DNA of 64,000 nt from an uncultured archaeon (lineage in GTDB: Archaea > Thermoproteota > Nitrososphaeria_A > Caldarchaeales > Wolframiiraptoraceae), in assembly GCA_938083505.1 (NCBI GenBank), contig CALKCF010000006.1:32001-96000 (forward strand). Direction: 5' to 3'. The position numbers and the translations under genes were made by a program. The notes below the pieces were generated by a model. That model ran no database searches, was not told where the DNA came from, and worked only from the letters and a program-made list of their open reading frames with translations. Positions 9,015-19,422 of the stretch are shown in pieces. Positions within the stretch are counted from its first letter, which is position 1; the number at the start of each line of letters is the position of its first letter.

Positions 9015-10204
9015 GGACGCGTAAAATAAGGACTGTTCTTACTGTTATAGGCATAATGATAGGGACCGCGCTGATAATATCTCTTATATCGAATACTGAA
9101 GGATTGAATATTCTGATAGATGAGGCTCTCTCGAAGATAGGTGTCAACAACATATTTGTAACACCTTCTGGAACGGTATCAGCCCGAGCTAGCCCAAGAG
9201 AGACCTTAAAACTGACGGATGCTGACATTATCTTGCTCTCAAACTTGCCGGGTGTAAAGGCCGTTAGTCCATTCTATCTCTCCAAAGGTAAGCTAATAGG
9301 TGGCGGACTCGAGCAAACTGTCTCCATAATAGGCCTAGACCCGACCTTGACCTATCAGGTATTGCCCGATTTGGAAATTTATCAAGGTGAGGATCTCTCC
9401 CCTAACGATATGGCGATGATAGCCATAGGGTATAATGTTGCGTTTCCACCCGGAGAGGTAGGGAAGAGCATACCACCTTATAGCTCCGTAACGCTAGAAC
9501 TTACGGTTGATGGAAAACGCATTACTAGGTCTTACGTCGTTGGAGCAATCTATAAAAAATTTGGTTCAACACCTTACCTTGACGTTGATAAAAGCATAAT
9601 GATAACAATACCGCAAGCACGTAACATTTTTAAATCTACGAGTTACCCGAGCATAGTTGTGATTGCTGAATCTACAGAGTTCGTCGACCCTATCATTGAA
9701 ACTTTAAATAACATTTATGGAAAGGATGCGGACATCATCAGTCCTTTGACGATAGTAAGGCAGGTGAAGATAATACTCAATAACTTCACGATTTTCCTCT
9801 TGGTGGTGTCTAGCATAGCGTTAGTGGTTGCTGGCATAGGTATTATGAACACTATGTTCATGACAATCATGGAGAGGACGAAGGAAATAGGTATCCTCAG
9901 AGCTCTGGGCTTTTCTCAGAAGGACGTTGCAAAGATTTTCTTAACAGAATCGACACTGATAGGCATCATAGGAGGGCTGCTCGGTATAGTTTTAGGAAGC
10001 TTGTTGGCCATGTCACTTGGTGGGATGTTCTCGTCCTTTATAATTGGAATGAGCGGCAATCCGATAATATATCAGCCAAACATAACACCGAGTGTGTTGA
10101 TGAATAGCTTTTTATTCGCCGTCATCGTCGGTCTTCTATCGGGAATATATCCGGCCTTAAGAGCTGCAAGGCTCGATCCTGTACAAGCGCTTAGAACCGA
10201 ATAA
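8972..10204 (+). CDS. ABC transporter permease (MacB/FtsX family), inferred ACG start
   Basis: GIGIMNTMFMTIMERTKEIGILRALG and YPALRAARLDPVQALR. The family-typical N-terminus (M)RIVDTLWYAFSGLRTRKIRTVLTVIGIMIG lies upstream of ATG 9056. Confidence 0.9.
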   Translation, partial: TRIVDTLWYAFSGLRTRKIRTVLTVIGIMIGTALIISLISNTEGLNILIDEALSKIGVNNIFVTPSGTVSARASPRETLKLTDADIILLSNLPGVKAVSPFYLSKGKLIGGGLEQTVSIIGLDPTLTYQVLPDLEIYQGEDLSPNDMAMIAIGYNVAFPPGEVGKSIPPYSSVTLELTVDGKRITRSYVVGAIYKKFGSTPYLDVDKSIMITIPQARNIFKSTSYPSIVVIAESTEFVDPIIETLNNIYGKDADIISPLTIVRQVKIILNNFTIFLLVVSSIALVVAGIGIMNTMFMTIMERTKEIGILRALGFSQKDVAKIFLTESTLIGIIGGLLGIVLGSLLAMSLGGMFSSFIIGMSGNPIIYQPNITPSVLMNSFLFAVIVGLLSGIYPALRAARLDPVQALRTE

Positions 10205-10264
10205 AACTTCTGAGTAAGTTATGCATATAAGTTAATGTAAAACAAAAATATTTAGGAGTGAAGT

Positions 10265-11026
10265 ATGCACACGTTATTCATAACAGGAACTGCGGGGTCT
10301 GGTAAATCAACATTGACCTGGTCGCTCAATGAGTGGCTTCGTGATCAGGAGCAGTCAACAATAACGGTTAACCTAGACCCTGCGGCAACGGTCCTACCCT
10401 ACGAGCCTGACGTGGATGTAAGAGAAATCGTCGACTATGAAAGAATAATGGTGACGCGCAGACTTGGGCCAAATGCAGCCTTGATAGCATCTGTAAGAGA
10501 AATTGCCAGGCATATAGAGGAACTAAGGGAAGAAGTTAATTCCTTTAACGTTGATTACGTACTTGTTGATACACCGGGTCAGCTTGAACTTTTCGCATTC
10601 AGGAAAGAGGGGAAAATAATCGCTAAAAACCTTACCGACGGTTCTAAGGCAATGTTATTCCTCTTGGACCCAATGTTTTGCGTCAATCCGAAAAACTTCG
10701 CCGCAAGCATATTCCTCTCGGTCTCAATATACCTAAGCTTTGGCATACCTCTCATCATGGTATTATCAAAAATTGATGCAGTACCAAAGAAGTACATAAA
10801 CAGGATACTCAGATGGGCTGAGTCTGATGAGGCGTTCTTAATAGACCTAGAAAATAAACTTAAAGGAGCCCAAATGTTGCTTGCAAGGGATGTCGCAAGG
10901 GCTGTGTTGGATGTAAGTAGCTTTGCACCCATAATGCCTGTATCTGCCCTCAACATGAACGGACTTGTCGAGCTTCATAGTGTTCTCTCAAGGATATTCA
11001 GCGAAGGTGAGTTAGAGCTTAGGTAA
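10265..11026 (+). CDS. GPN-loop GTPase
   Basis: GTAGSGKST, NLDPA, LGPNAA, DTPGQLE. Confidence 0.9.
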   Translation: MHTLFITGTAGSGKSTLTWSLNEWLRDQEQSTITVNLDPAATVLPYEPDVDVREIVDYERIMVTRRLGPNAALIASVREIARHIEELREEVNSFNVDYVLVDTPGQLELFAFRKEGKIIAKNLTDGSKAMLFLLDPMFCVNPKNFAASIFLSVSIYLSFGIPLIMVLSKIDAVPKKYINRILRWAESDEAFLIDLENKLKGAQMLLARDVARAVLDVSSFAPIMPVSALNMNGLVELHSVLSRIFSEGELELR

Positions 11027-11143
11027 AAAGCGTTTTACGTTCATCAAATTCCGCAACGAGTGTTCTAAATATTTACATAAATGTAAAAAGGTGTAGAGAC
11101 TTATATAATACTAAAACTTTAAACTTTCAAAAAGGAGAGAGTA

Positions 11144-11983
11144 ATGACCTACAAAGATGCAGAAGTCGAGCAGCTTAAGGAAAAAATCAGGGAGCTTGGT
11201 GGTGTAATAAAGCAAATTGAAGTTGAGTTTAACGAAATCTCAAAAGAACTAGATTTTCTTCGTGAGCGGAAAGAAGAGGCAAAGCAGAAATTTCAAGAAA
11301 AGTTGAACGAAAAGAAGAAACTTTTGGAAGAGTATAAAAAACTGAAGTCCGACTTAAATACGTGCTATGTTTTAAAGGGCGACTTTATTAAGCAGTTAAA
11401 TTTCATCGAAAATTACACGAGATATCCAGAGAAGAACATTGGCATAGATGAAATAAAGGAGAGAATAAAAAACATAGAGTGGATAATACATACTTCGATA
11501 CTAAAACCTAGTGAGGAAAGAAGGCTTTTCTTTGAATCCAAAAAGTTGGAAGAAGTCATTGCACTAATTGAGAAACGAGAAAACCTCATCGCTTGCATTA
11601 ACGCTCAGAATGATAAAATTAGGTCGATAAAGGATGAGATTAATACGATCAAAACCATGTTGAAAGACATTAATGAAGAAATTAGCAGAATGAGAGATGA
11701 ATACGATAATTTAAAGAAAAAGTACGAGGAGAGGCGCAAAAATTACATGCAAATAAAGGAGAGGCTCAGTAAAGCAGAGGCTGAACGAATATTGCTTCAG
11801 TCCAGACTGACAGTGTTGATGGAGTGGATTAAGACGAGTATGGACGAGGTAGCGAGACAGAAAGAAGAAGAGTTTAAGAAGCGCGTTATTGTCGAGGTTA
11901 AGCAAAAGTTATCAAAGGGCAAGAGCGTAACATTCCAAGAATTAAAACTCCTGCTTGAGAATGATGAGGAGTTTAAACTTTAG
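11144..11983 (+). CDS. Archaeal coiled-coil protein (COG1340-like)
   Basis: E/K-rich heptads, EWIIHTSIL..EE motif, C-terminal KLSKGKSVTFQEL. Confidence 0.65.
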   Translation: MTYKDAEVEQLKEKIRELGGVIKQIEVEFNEISKELDFLRERKEEAKQKFQEKLNEKKKLLEEYKKLKSDLNTCYVLKGDFIKQLNFIENYTRYPEKNIGIDEIKERIKNIEWIIHTSILKPSEERRLFFESKKLEEVIALIEKRENLIACINAQNDKIRSIKDEINTIKTMLKDINEEISRMRDEYDNLKKKYEERRKNYMQIKERLSKAEAERILLQSRLTVLMEWIKTSMDEVARQKEEEFKKRVIVEVKQKLSKGKSVTFQELKLLLENDEEFKL

Positions 11984-12071
11984 AACGCGAAGGTCATAGT
12001 GACTTCTGATATTTTTAGAATGATTAACGTTATATTGGGCCAAATGGAAATATTTATAGCGGAAAAATGGC

Positions 12072-13253
12072 ATGGAGATTTTGGAAAAAAAGCAAGAGAG
12101 GTTCCTTATACTCGTAGTTGACAGAGATAATGATATTGGTAAGAAAACAGGCGTAAAAACCCCCATTATAGGAAAAGAGAACAATCTGGATGCTGCAAAA
12201 AACCTTGCATTGGCAGACCCAGAAGAGTCTGATGCAAACGCTATGTTTGGTGCCATTAAACTATACGAAGAATTAGTTAGCAAGCACGGAAAAGAGAATG
12301 TCGAGGTTGCAACAATAGCTGGTAGTGAAAAAGGCGGCTACTGGGCTGATGAAAAGATAAGGCACGAGTTAGATGAGGTTTTGAAAAGCGCTCCATCGTC
12401 AGCATGCATTCTCATTAGTGACGGTGTCGCTGATGAGTTCGTATTTCCAATCATTTCATCAAAATTGCCAATAGTTTCTGTTAAGAGAGTTATAGTTAAA
12501 CAAAGCGAGAGTATCGAACACACGTGGCTCCTCCTCGGAAGATACATAAAGATGGCGATATTTGACACTAAATATTCCAAGGTTTTTCTTGGAATACCAG
12601 GATTGTTGCTGATCTTCATAGGCATTCTTTATATTCTTGGTTTAATGAATCTACCAATACTTTTACTGATTATAGGTATAGCATTGTTAATTAGAGGTTT
12701 TGGAATTGATAACTCAATAGCAACAAGGTTTAGAATGTTGTCGAAGTTCATATCCTCGCACCCATTGGTACAACTAAGAATCTTTGGCGCAATCTCTTCG
12801 TTGATTATTCTCTTAGTAGGCATTTATTCAGGTTACATTGGCGTGTCCTTAGCACTGCCGAAAAATGTGCAATTACCATCACTTTCTGAGGACTTTTATT
12901 ATTGGTTAGGAATGTTTCCCATACTTGCGGGCCATTTCATACTTGGGGGCATAGATCTAGTTTTCATAGGTTTACTACTTGTAGTGCTTACGTACGGCAT
13001 CTATTACATAATTTTGAAGAACATTAAATTCTGGAGGACGGTGCAGGCAATAGTTACGCTGATATGGTTATGGGCACTCTTAAAAAGAGTTGGGATGGTA
13101 CTTTCGGACACCTCTTCTGCTACGGTGTTTAGCCCTCATGTAGGAATGTTACTCACGATAGGGCTTTTAGGCATACCAGCCCTAACAATAACGTTCATAG
13201 TTACAAGATACATGAGAAAGGTATACGCATCATACTTCAAGAAAACAAAGTGA
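12072..13253 (+). CDS. DUF373 family membrane protein
   Basis: LVVDRDNDIG, DPEESDAN, ISDGVADE, VIVKQS; multiple C-terminal TMs; adjacent to uppS. Confidence 0.85.
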   Translation: MEILEKKQERFLILVVDRDNDIGKKTGVKTPIIGKENNLDAAKNLALADPEESDANAMFGAIKLYEELVSKHGKENVEVATIAGSEKGGYWADEKIRHELDEVLKSAPSSACILISDGVADEFVFPIISSKLPIVSVKRVIVKQSESIEHTWLLLGRYIKMAIFDTKYSKVFLGIPGLLLIFIGILYILGLMNLPILLLIIGIALLIRGFGIDNSIATRFRMLSKFISSHPLVQLRIFGAISSLIILLVGIYSGYIGVSLALPKNVQLPSLSEDFYYWLGMFPILAGHFILGGIDLVFIGLLLVVLTYGIYYIILKNIKFWRTVQAIVTLIWLWALLKRVGMVLSDTSSATVFSPHVGMLLTIGLLGIPALTITFIVTRYMRKVYASYFKKTK

Positions 13254-14041
13254 GGAGCATGTTTCAGAAATTACTGAGTTTATTTGGTGCATACTGGCTG
13301 TATGAAAGGTGGTTGATGAGCACTGTTAAAAACGGCCCCATGCCAAAACATGTAGCATTAATCTTGGACGGAAATAGACGTTGGGCTAAGAATAAAGGAT
13401 TAAATCATAGTTTTGGGCACAAAGTTGGAGCAGATGTTGCAGAGAAAGTTCTTGATTGGTGCCTAGAGTTAAAAATCCAGACAATAACACTTTACGTTCT
13501 TTCTACGGAAAATCTGAAAAGAGATTCAGGGGAGTTATCAGAAATATTCAGGCTGATAAAGGAACGTGCGGAGAGACTCGTAAATGACCCGAGGATACAT
13601 AATAATCGTGTAAAGGTTACGATAATCGGTAGAAAACATCTCCTACCTGATGATGTCAGGAGAGCCCTTGAGAAATTAGAAAGCATAACCAAAGACTACA
13701 ACAATCATTTCTTAAATATAGCTGTGGCTTATGGCGGAAGGGCAGAAATAGTTGACGCCACAAAGAAGATAGCTTTCATGGTAAAGGAAGGAAGCCTTTC
13801 CGTTGACGATATAGATGAAAAAGTTATCGAATCAAATTTGTACACATCTAGCATACCGAACTCCGATCCCGACCTTATAATCAGGACATCTGGTGAGGAA
13901 AGGATAAGCAACTTTCTTTTGTGGCAATCTGCATATAGCGAGTTCGTTTTTTTGGACATATTCTGGCCAGAATTCAGAAAGATAGATCTGCTACGAACGC
14001 TCAGAACATATCAGCGACGTACTCGTAGATTTGGAGTTTAG
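13250..14041 (+). CDS. uppS: cis-prenyltransferase (UppS family)
   Basis: HVALILDGNRRWA, STENLKR, YGGRAE, RTSGEERISNFLLWQ. Confidence 0.95.
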   Translation: MRSMFQKLLSLFGAYWLYERWLMSTVKNGPMPKHVALILDGNRRWAKNKGLNHSFGHKVGADVAEKVLDWCLELKIQTITLYVLSTENLKRDSGELSEIFRLIKERAERLVNDPRIHNNRVKVTIIGRKHLLPDDVRRALEKLESITKDYNNHFLNIAVAYGGRAEIVDATKKIAFMVKEGSLSVDDIDEKVIESNLYTSSIPNSDPDLIIRTSGEERISNFLLWQSAYSEFVFLDIFWPEFRKIDLLRTLRTYQRRTRRFGV

Positions 14042-15105
14042 TATGTATAAGGATCGAACGGTGCCTTAGATAGCCGTACAGCACCATCCTTCCTAATTAG
14101 CAAAGTGTCTTCAAGCCTTATACCATACTGTCCTGGAATGTACACACCAGGCTCGCATGTCACGACCATGTTTTCAGCAAGCAAGTCTTTGCTATTGGGT
14201 GATATTCTTGGTGGTTCATGAACACTTAATCCTACACCATGCCCCAAGCTGTGGATAAAAAATTCAGCAAATCCAGCATTTTCTATGAATTGTCTCGCAA
14301 CCCTATCGATGAACGAGGCAGATACCCATGCCATCATGTGCTCTTCGGCTAAATTTTTGGCCTCTTCGACCACTTTGTAAACCTTCTCAATTTTGTCCTC
14401 TACCTTATCACCTACAAAAAACGTTCTTGTTACGTCTGCTGAATACTCGTTTACCGATGCGCCAAGATCTATTATAACAACGTCGCCAGCTTGAAGTTGC
14501 CTGTTGCTCGGACCGCCATGGGGTAAAGACGATTTCGTACCAGAGGCCACTATTATGTTAAACGCGAGCCTGTCTGCACCACATCTAAGCAACTCTTCAG
14601 TTAATTCTGCCTTAACGTCCTGCTCAGTAACGCCCGGTGATAGTAAATCCGAGGCAACATCCATGCCCACATCAGATATTGCCGCCGCTTTCATTATATT
14701 CTCCAACTCCTTTTCGTCTTTTATGGACCTCAACTTCCAAACAAGTTCAGAAGATGGTGTTAAATGCAGAAACCTCAGTTTTGATGAGATTTTCAAAAAG
14801 GATTCAGCATCCATGTAATCGAATCCGACGTCACCAACAAGTTTACTCAATTCTTCCACGAGTTCATCTTTGAACATATCATGGGTCTTTGTTTTAATTA
14901 TATCAACGCCCTCTATAGTATGCTGAACGGCCGACTCATAGTAGAGGGGCAATGTATAAAGCTTGACAGTGCCGTCAGACGTTATTACGGCCGCGCCATC
15001 GCCCTTAAAACCTGTGAAGTAGTAAAGATTTTCAGGTAACATCAACAAATATGCACTGAAGGCCCTCTCTTCCATCAGATCCAATAGGCGTTTTATTCTC
15101 TCCAT
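14038..15105 (-). CDS. pepQ: Xaa-Pro peptidase (M24B)
   Basis: DVTRT, HSLGHGVGLSVHEPP, EPGVY, GIRLED. Confidence 0.9.
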   Translation of the reverse strand: MERIKRLLDLMEERAFSAYLLMLPENLYYFTGFKGDGAAVITSDGTVKLYTLPLYYESAVQHTIEGVDIIKTKTHDMFKDELVEELSKLVGDVGFDYMDAESFLKISSKLRFLHLTPSSELVWKLRSIKDEKELENIMKAAAISDVGMDVASDLLSPGVTEQDVKAELTEELLRCGADRLAFNIIVASGTKSSLPHGGPSNRQLQAGDVVIIDLGASVNEYSADVTRTFFVGDKVEDKIEKVYKVVEEAKNLAEEHMMAWVSASFIDRVARQFIENAGFAEFFIHSLGHGVGLSVHEPPRISPNSKDLLAENMVVTCEPGVYIPGQYGIRLEDTLLIRKDGAVRLSKAPFDPYTY

Positions 15106-15314
15106 CTATACATCAGCTACCTTTTGACCTAAGCCGAAAAGGCAAGGTGACTAATATAACTTTTAAAAGTCCTCAGAATATGCTTAAGGGAGGAAGCGTA
15201 TTATTTTAGTAAGACGCGATTGTGGTACTGCGATATGCAGCACTTCCTTCCGACGGTATAAACAAATATTACCCCTCTACTTAAGAAGGCTGAAGAAGCT
15301 GCAGGGCATGTGGG

Positions 15315-18300
15315 ATGGTTTACATTAAAAAATTATCGCTCCATGGCTTTAAGTCTTTTGGTCAAAGAAAGGTTACGTTTGAGCTACTTAAGGGTCTGAT
15401 CGTAATCACCGGCCCAAACGGTGGTGGTAAATCTAACGTACTTGATGCTATCAGGTTTGTAATGGGTGAGCTGAGCCCACATGCTTTAAGGGTGGGCAGA
15501 CTCTCCGAGCTAGTTCATGATGATGGCAAAGGAAGAGCAGCATACGCTAGAGTGTCAATAACTTTGGACAACTCAGAAAAAGCGCTACCTATAGAAGCGG
15601 ATGAGGTTACGATAACTAGGAAGATCTACCAAAACGGTGAGAGCGAATATTACATAAATGGAAGGTCAGCATCAAGAGGAGAGCTGCTCATGTTACTTTC
15701 GGCCGCTAACATAAGATCTTCAGGCTACAACATATTACCCCAGGGTGCGATATTGAATATAGCTGAAATGAATCCCGATGATATGCGTAAGTTGATAGAA
15801 GATGTCGCGGGGATAGCAGAATATAATAGGAAAAAAGCTGAGGCTGAAGAGCAGCTTGCGCAAGCCGATAAGAACTTGGAGGTTGCTAAGGCCAGCACGA
15901 GCGAGGTTAGAGCCAGGGTTAAGCAACTCGAGAGGGAGAGGAACCAGTATCTTAGGAGGAGGAACGTAGAGGCGGAAATTGCTAAGCTCAAAACGCTTCA
16001 GTATAAACTGGAGATGGAAAAAATCTCTGAAGCTCTTAGGATGATGCAATCAAAAATCGCCAGTATAGCCGAGCAAGCTCATGCATTGGAAGAGATGAAA
16101 CAGAAAGTATCCGCAAAACTTGCTGAGTTTAACTCTAACTTACGGATAACAGAAAATGAGATGTCCGAAATAGAACGAAGATTGTCAGAATTCGTAAAAG
16201 CACGACAAGAAACGTTTGAGAAAATTGTGAAGTTAAGGCTCGATATAAAGGATTCAAAGAATCGTGTGGAAATTTTGGAGAAAGAATCCGCGCATTTGCA
16301 ACAAAAGATTGTAGAGCTTGAATCCGCGACATCACTTTCCGAACAAGAGCTTAACGAGCTCGAGTTAAAGATCGCCAAGTGTTTAAGTGATAAGAAACAG
16401 TTGGAGGAGGAAGTCACAAAAATGTCTGATGAAGTAGATAGACTGAGAAGCGCTGCCAAGGAGCTTGAGAGGAAGCTAGAAGAGGTCAAGTTCTTAAAGA
16501 TTAAGGAGGAAAGAGCACGCTCTGAAGTATATTTAAAGTTAGAGAACATAAAGAACATTAAAGAGCAAATGGTGAGGGAAAAGGAAGAAGTATATGAGGA
16601 GATAATAACAACTAAGAACAAAATTGCCGACATCGATGAAAAAATTGAAAAGCTGCTATCCGAGGTGCGCAACACAGAAGATACAGTGTCAAAGCTTAAT
16701 CAAGAGTTAAGCAAGCATACACTCTTAATCGGACGTTACTCTGATATGTTAACACGTGCAGACGTTATCATTAACAAGGCTGAGGCGTTCATAACAGAGC
16801 TAAAGATACGATTAGCTTCCAAACCTGAAGACGAAGAATCGAAAAAGTTTGAAGAATTTGTTAGAATACTGGCTGATAAATTCGTTGACGGCGTTATCGG
16901 AACTTTAGGTAGCATCGTCAAATCCTTGCCAGAATACAACGAAAAGCTTGACATGATTATCGATGAGTGGACAGATGCCATCGTGACAGAGAATTATGCC
17001 GTGACTCGGTTTTTATCCGAAATGTTTACATCCCTAAATTTTAAGGGCAAGTTGTTAACATTAAATGGCAACACAGCCGAAACTGGTAGTGATAATTTAG
17101 GAAAATTTCAAGCATGGGTTAGGGAACATATAGAATTTGTTAACGATTTTGAGGTAGCGTACAAGAAGACAGTAAACGGTAAGATTGTTGTTCTGGATAA
17201 AGGAATGGTTTGTTATCCTGGTGGTTTCGTTAAAGTCGTTGGGAGCGAGAAGAATAGGACAAACACTTTACGTGCCGAGCTGGAAGATCTAGAATCTTAT
17301 ATTAAAACGGTAAAACTTAAACTGAATGAAGTGAGGTTAAAGCGTGATGAGCTTACAAAAAAGGTGGAATCGATTAGAAATGAAATTCAAAGACAACAAA
17401 CAAAGCTTTCTTCTCTGGATGCTGAGATTAAATCGCTTAATGCTGAGCGCAAATTATTGGAAAAATCCCTTTCACAATTAATGGCTAAGGAGAAGAGAAT
17501 AAATGAACGGATTGATGCCCTCATCAAAGAAGAGGAGAATGTCAAGAAAAGACTGTCAGAGATTGTTAACGTTAAGCCTGCTGAGGATGAACTAAGACTA
17601 AAGATGGAGAAAGATTTTGATTTGATTTCATCAAAACTAAAACTCCTCGAATCGAAGTATACAGAATTGAAGGTACAGTTAGCCGAGAAGTCTACGACCC
17701 TTAAAAGTTTGGAAGAATTAAAAAGAAAATTACTAAATTCGATAGCTAGGTATAAGTTGGAGATGGAATCGCTCACTCGTTCATTGGAGACGAATAAACT
17801 GAAGGTAGATGAGGAGGAAAAACTAAGAATCGAGCTCGAATCTAGGTTAAATTCATTAGAGGATGAGCTTCGTAGGTTAGACCAAGAAATTGAGAGCCTA
17901 TCGGCAAAGCATAAGGATATGATTAAGATTAGGGATGAAATGAGACAAATGGTATCCATACAAACTGAGGAAGAAAGCAAGATATCTGAAAGATTAAAGG
18001 CATTATGGTCGGAGCAGCAAGAAGCAAAGCTTGAAAGCGTGAAGATAGAATCCCAGCTTCAAATGATAATGGAAAAATTGTCCGAGTTGGGCGATGTGGA
18101 TGTGACAGAGCTATTGGCACTCGAGCCTATGCTCAGAGAACAGATACTCATGAGCTTGGAGGCTGAAAGGGATGAGCTCTCCTCTGTGAACCAGCTGGCT
18201 CCGGAGCAATATGAGGCATTAATTGGAAACTATAAACTCAGGTCCGTTAGAATAAGCGAGTTGGAGTTGGAAAGACAGGAGATAATCAACTTTATAAAGA

Positions 18301-18779
18301 TGGTCGAGGAGGAGAAATTGAGGGCTTTCTTCACAACGATGGAAAAAGTTTCTGAGAAGTTTGCGGCATACTTTAACAGGCTTACGAATGGTGTGGCTTG
18401 GCTTAGGCTTGTAGATGAGACAAAGCCGAGTGATTCTGGCGTTGAGGTTATAGTACAGTTTCCTGGAAAACCGCAGCGTTCTTTAAGAAGCGTTAGCGGT
18501 GGTGAGAGATCTGTTGCAGCCGTATCGCTTCTGATGGCACTACAGGGCCTCACACCCGCTGACTTTTACATCTTTGATGAGGTAGACGCTCATATGGATG
18601 TAGCCTACACTGTTGCGCTGGCTGAGCTGCTAAAGGAAATGTCGAAGAAGACGCAGATAATCATCGTAAGCCTCAAAGATGTGTTGGCCGAAAAGGCTGA
18701 CCAACTCATCGGCGTTTATATAGACAGAGGCGAATCTAGAATAATTAAGACAAAGTTGGAGGACGTTGCGGTTGACTGA
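15315..18779 (+). CDS. smc: Chromosome segregation ATPase SMC
   Basis: GFKSF, GPNGGGKSN, long coiled coils, central hinge, SGGERS, FDEVDAHMD; followed by scpA and scpB. Confidence 0.95.
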   Translation: MVYIKKLSLHGFKSFGQRKVTFELLKGLIVITGPNGGGKSNVLDAIRFVMGELSPHALRVGRLSELVHDDGKGRAAYARVSITLDNSEKALPIEADEVTITRKIYQNGESEYYINGRSASRGELLMLLSAANIRSSGYNILPQGAILNIAEMNPDDMRKLIEDVAGIAEYNRKKAEAEEQLAQADKNLEVAKASTSEVRARVKQLERERNQYLRRRNVEAEIAKLKTLQYKLEMEKISEALRMMQSKIASIAEQAHALEEMKQKVSAKLAEFNSNLRITENEMSEIERRLSEFVKARQETFEKIVKLRLDIKDSKNRVEILEKESAHLQQKIVELESATSLSEQELNELELKIAKCLSDKKQLEEEVTKMSDEVDRLRSAAKELERKLEEVKFLKIKEERARSEVYLKLENIKNIKEQMVREKEEVYEEIITTKNKIADIDEKIEKLLSEVRNTEDTVSKLNQELSKHTLLIGRYSDMLTRADVIINKAEAFITELKIRLASKPEDEESKKFEEFVRILADKFVDGVIGTLGSIVKSLPEYNEKLDMIIDEWTDAIVTENYAVTRFLSEMFTSLNFKGKLLTLNGNTAETGSDNLGKFQAWVREHIEFVNDFEVAYKKTVNGKIVVLDKGMVCYPGGFVKVVGSEKNRTNTLRAELEDLESYIKTVKLKLNEVRLKRDELTKKVESIRNEIQRQQTKLSSLDAEIKSLNAERKLLEKSLSQLMAKEKRINERIDALIKEEENVKKRLSEIVNVKPAEDELRLKMEKDFDLISSKLKLLESKYTELKVQLAEKSTTLKSLEELKRKLLNSIARYKLEMESLTRSLETNKLKVDEEEKLRIELESRLNSLEDELRRLDQEIESLSAKHKDMIKIRDEMRQMVSIQTEEESKISERLKALWSEQQEAKLESVKIESQLQMIMEKLSELGDVDVTELLALEPMLREQILMSLEAERDELSSVNQLAPEQYEALIGNYKLRSVRISELELERQEIINFIKMVEEEKLRAFFTTMEKVSEKFAAYFNRLTNGVAWLRLVDETKPSDSGVEVIVQFPGKPQRSLRSVSGGERSVAAVSLLMALQGLTPADFYIFDEVDAHMDVAYTVALAELLKEMSKKTQIIIVSLKDVLAEKADQLIGVYIDRGESRIIKTKLEDVAVD

Positions 18780-19422
18780 CATAGAATACGAAAGAATTCA
18801 ATGGGTTAGGTCTCCATGGCGCGTACTCTTCGACATTACAAACTGGGATAAATTAAGAGTTTGGGAGGTCAACTTAAGGGAATTGCTTAGGTCTTTACTC
18901 ATGGTGCTGAAAAGAAAGGAAGTGTTTGATTTTATTTCTTCAGGAATTGTAGTATACTCTGCAGCAACACTACATAGAATGAAGACAGAGAGATTACTCG
19001 CCGCTGACGAAGTGCCTGTAATAAAACAAAAGCAAGAATACTTCATACCCCCTCCTATAGTTCCACCATTGAGGGGTGAATTCGTGACAACCACCATACT
19101 TGAGTTGATTGATGCTCTTAAGCGTGTACTATCAGAGCCGTCACCACAACCTAAGCAAGACACCATTGAACAACAGCAACTGAACATTGAAGATTTTATA
19201 ATAAAAATCGAGGAGAAGATTGAGGAGTTTTACATTTTTATAAAAGAGGTGTTAAAAAACAAGGGAACCATAACGCTAGATGAGGTCATGAGCGGTGTTG
19301 ATAGATTAGAGGCTGTAAGACGTTTTATACTGCTCCTGTTTATTGCCTCAAGAGGTATGATCGCGATGACCGAAGATGATGATGGTAAAGTATTGATATC
19401 GTTAGGTGGTGCGCATGGATGA
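18766..19422 (+). CDS. scpA: Segregation/condensation protein A (kleisin)
   Basis: WEVNL, SGIVVYSAATLHRMKTE, C-terminal FILLLFIA winged helix; directly after smc. Confidence 0.85.
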   Translation: MRLTDIEYERIQWVRSPWRVLFDITNWDKLRVWEVNLRELLRSLLMVLKRKEVFDFISSGIVVYSAATLHRMKTERLLAADEVPVIKQKQEYFIPPPIVPPLRGEFVTTTILELIDALKRVLSEPSPQPKQDTIEQQQLNIEDFIIKIEEKIEEFYIFIKEVLKNKGTITLDEVMSGVDRLEAVRRFILLLFIASRGMIAMTEDDDGKVLISLGGAHG

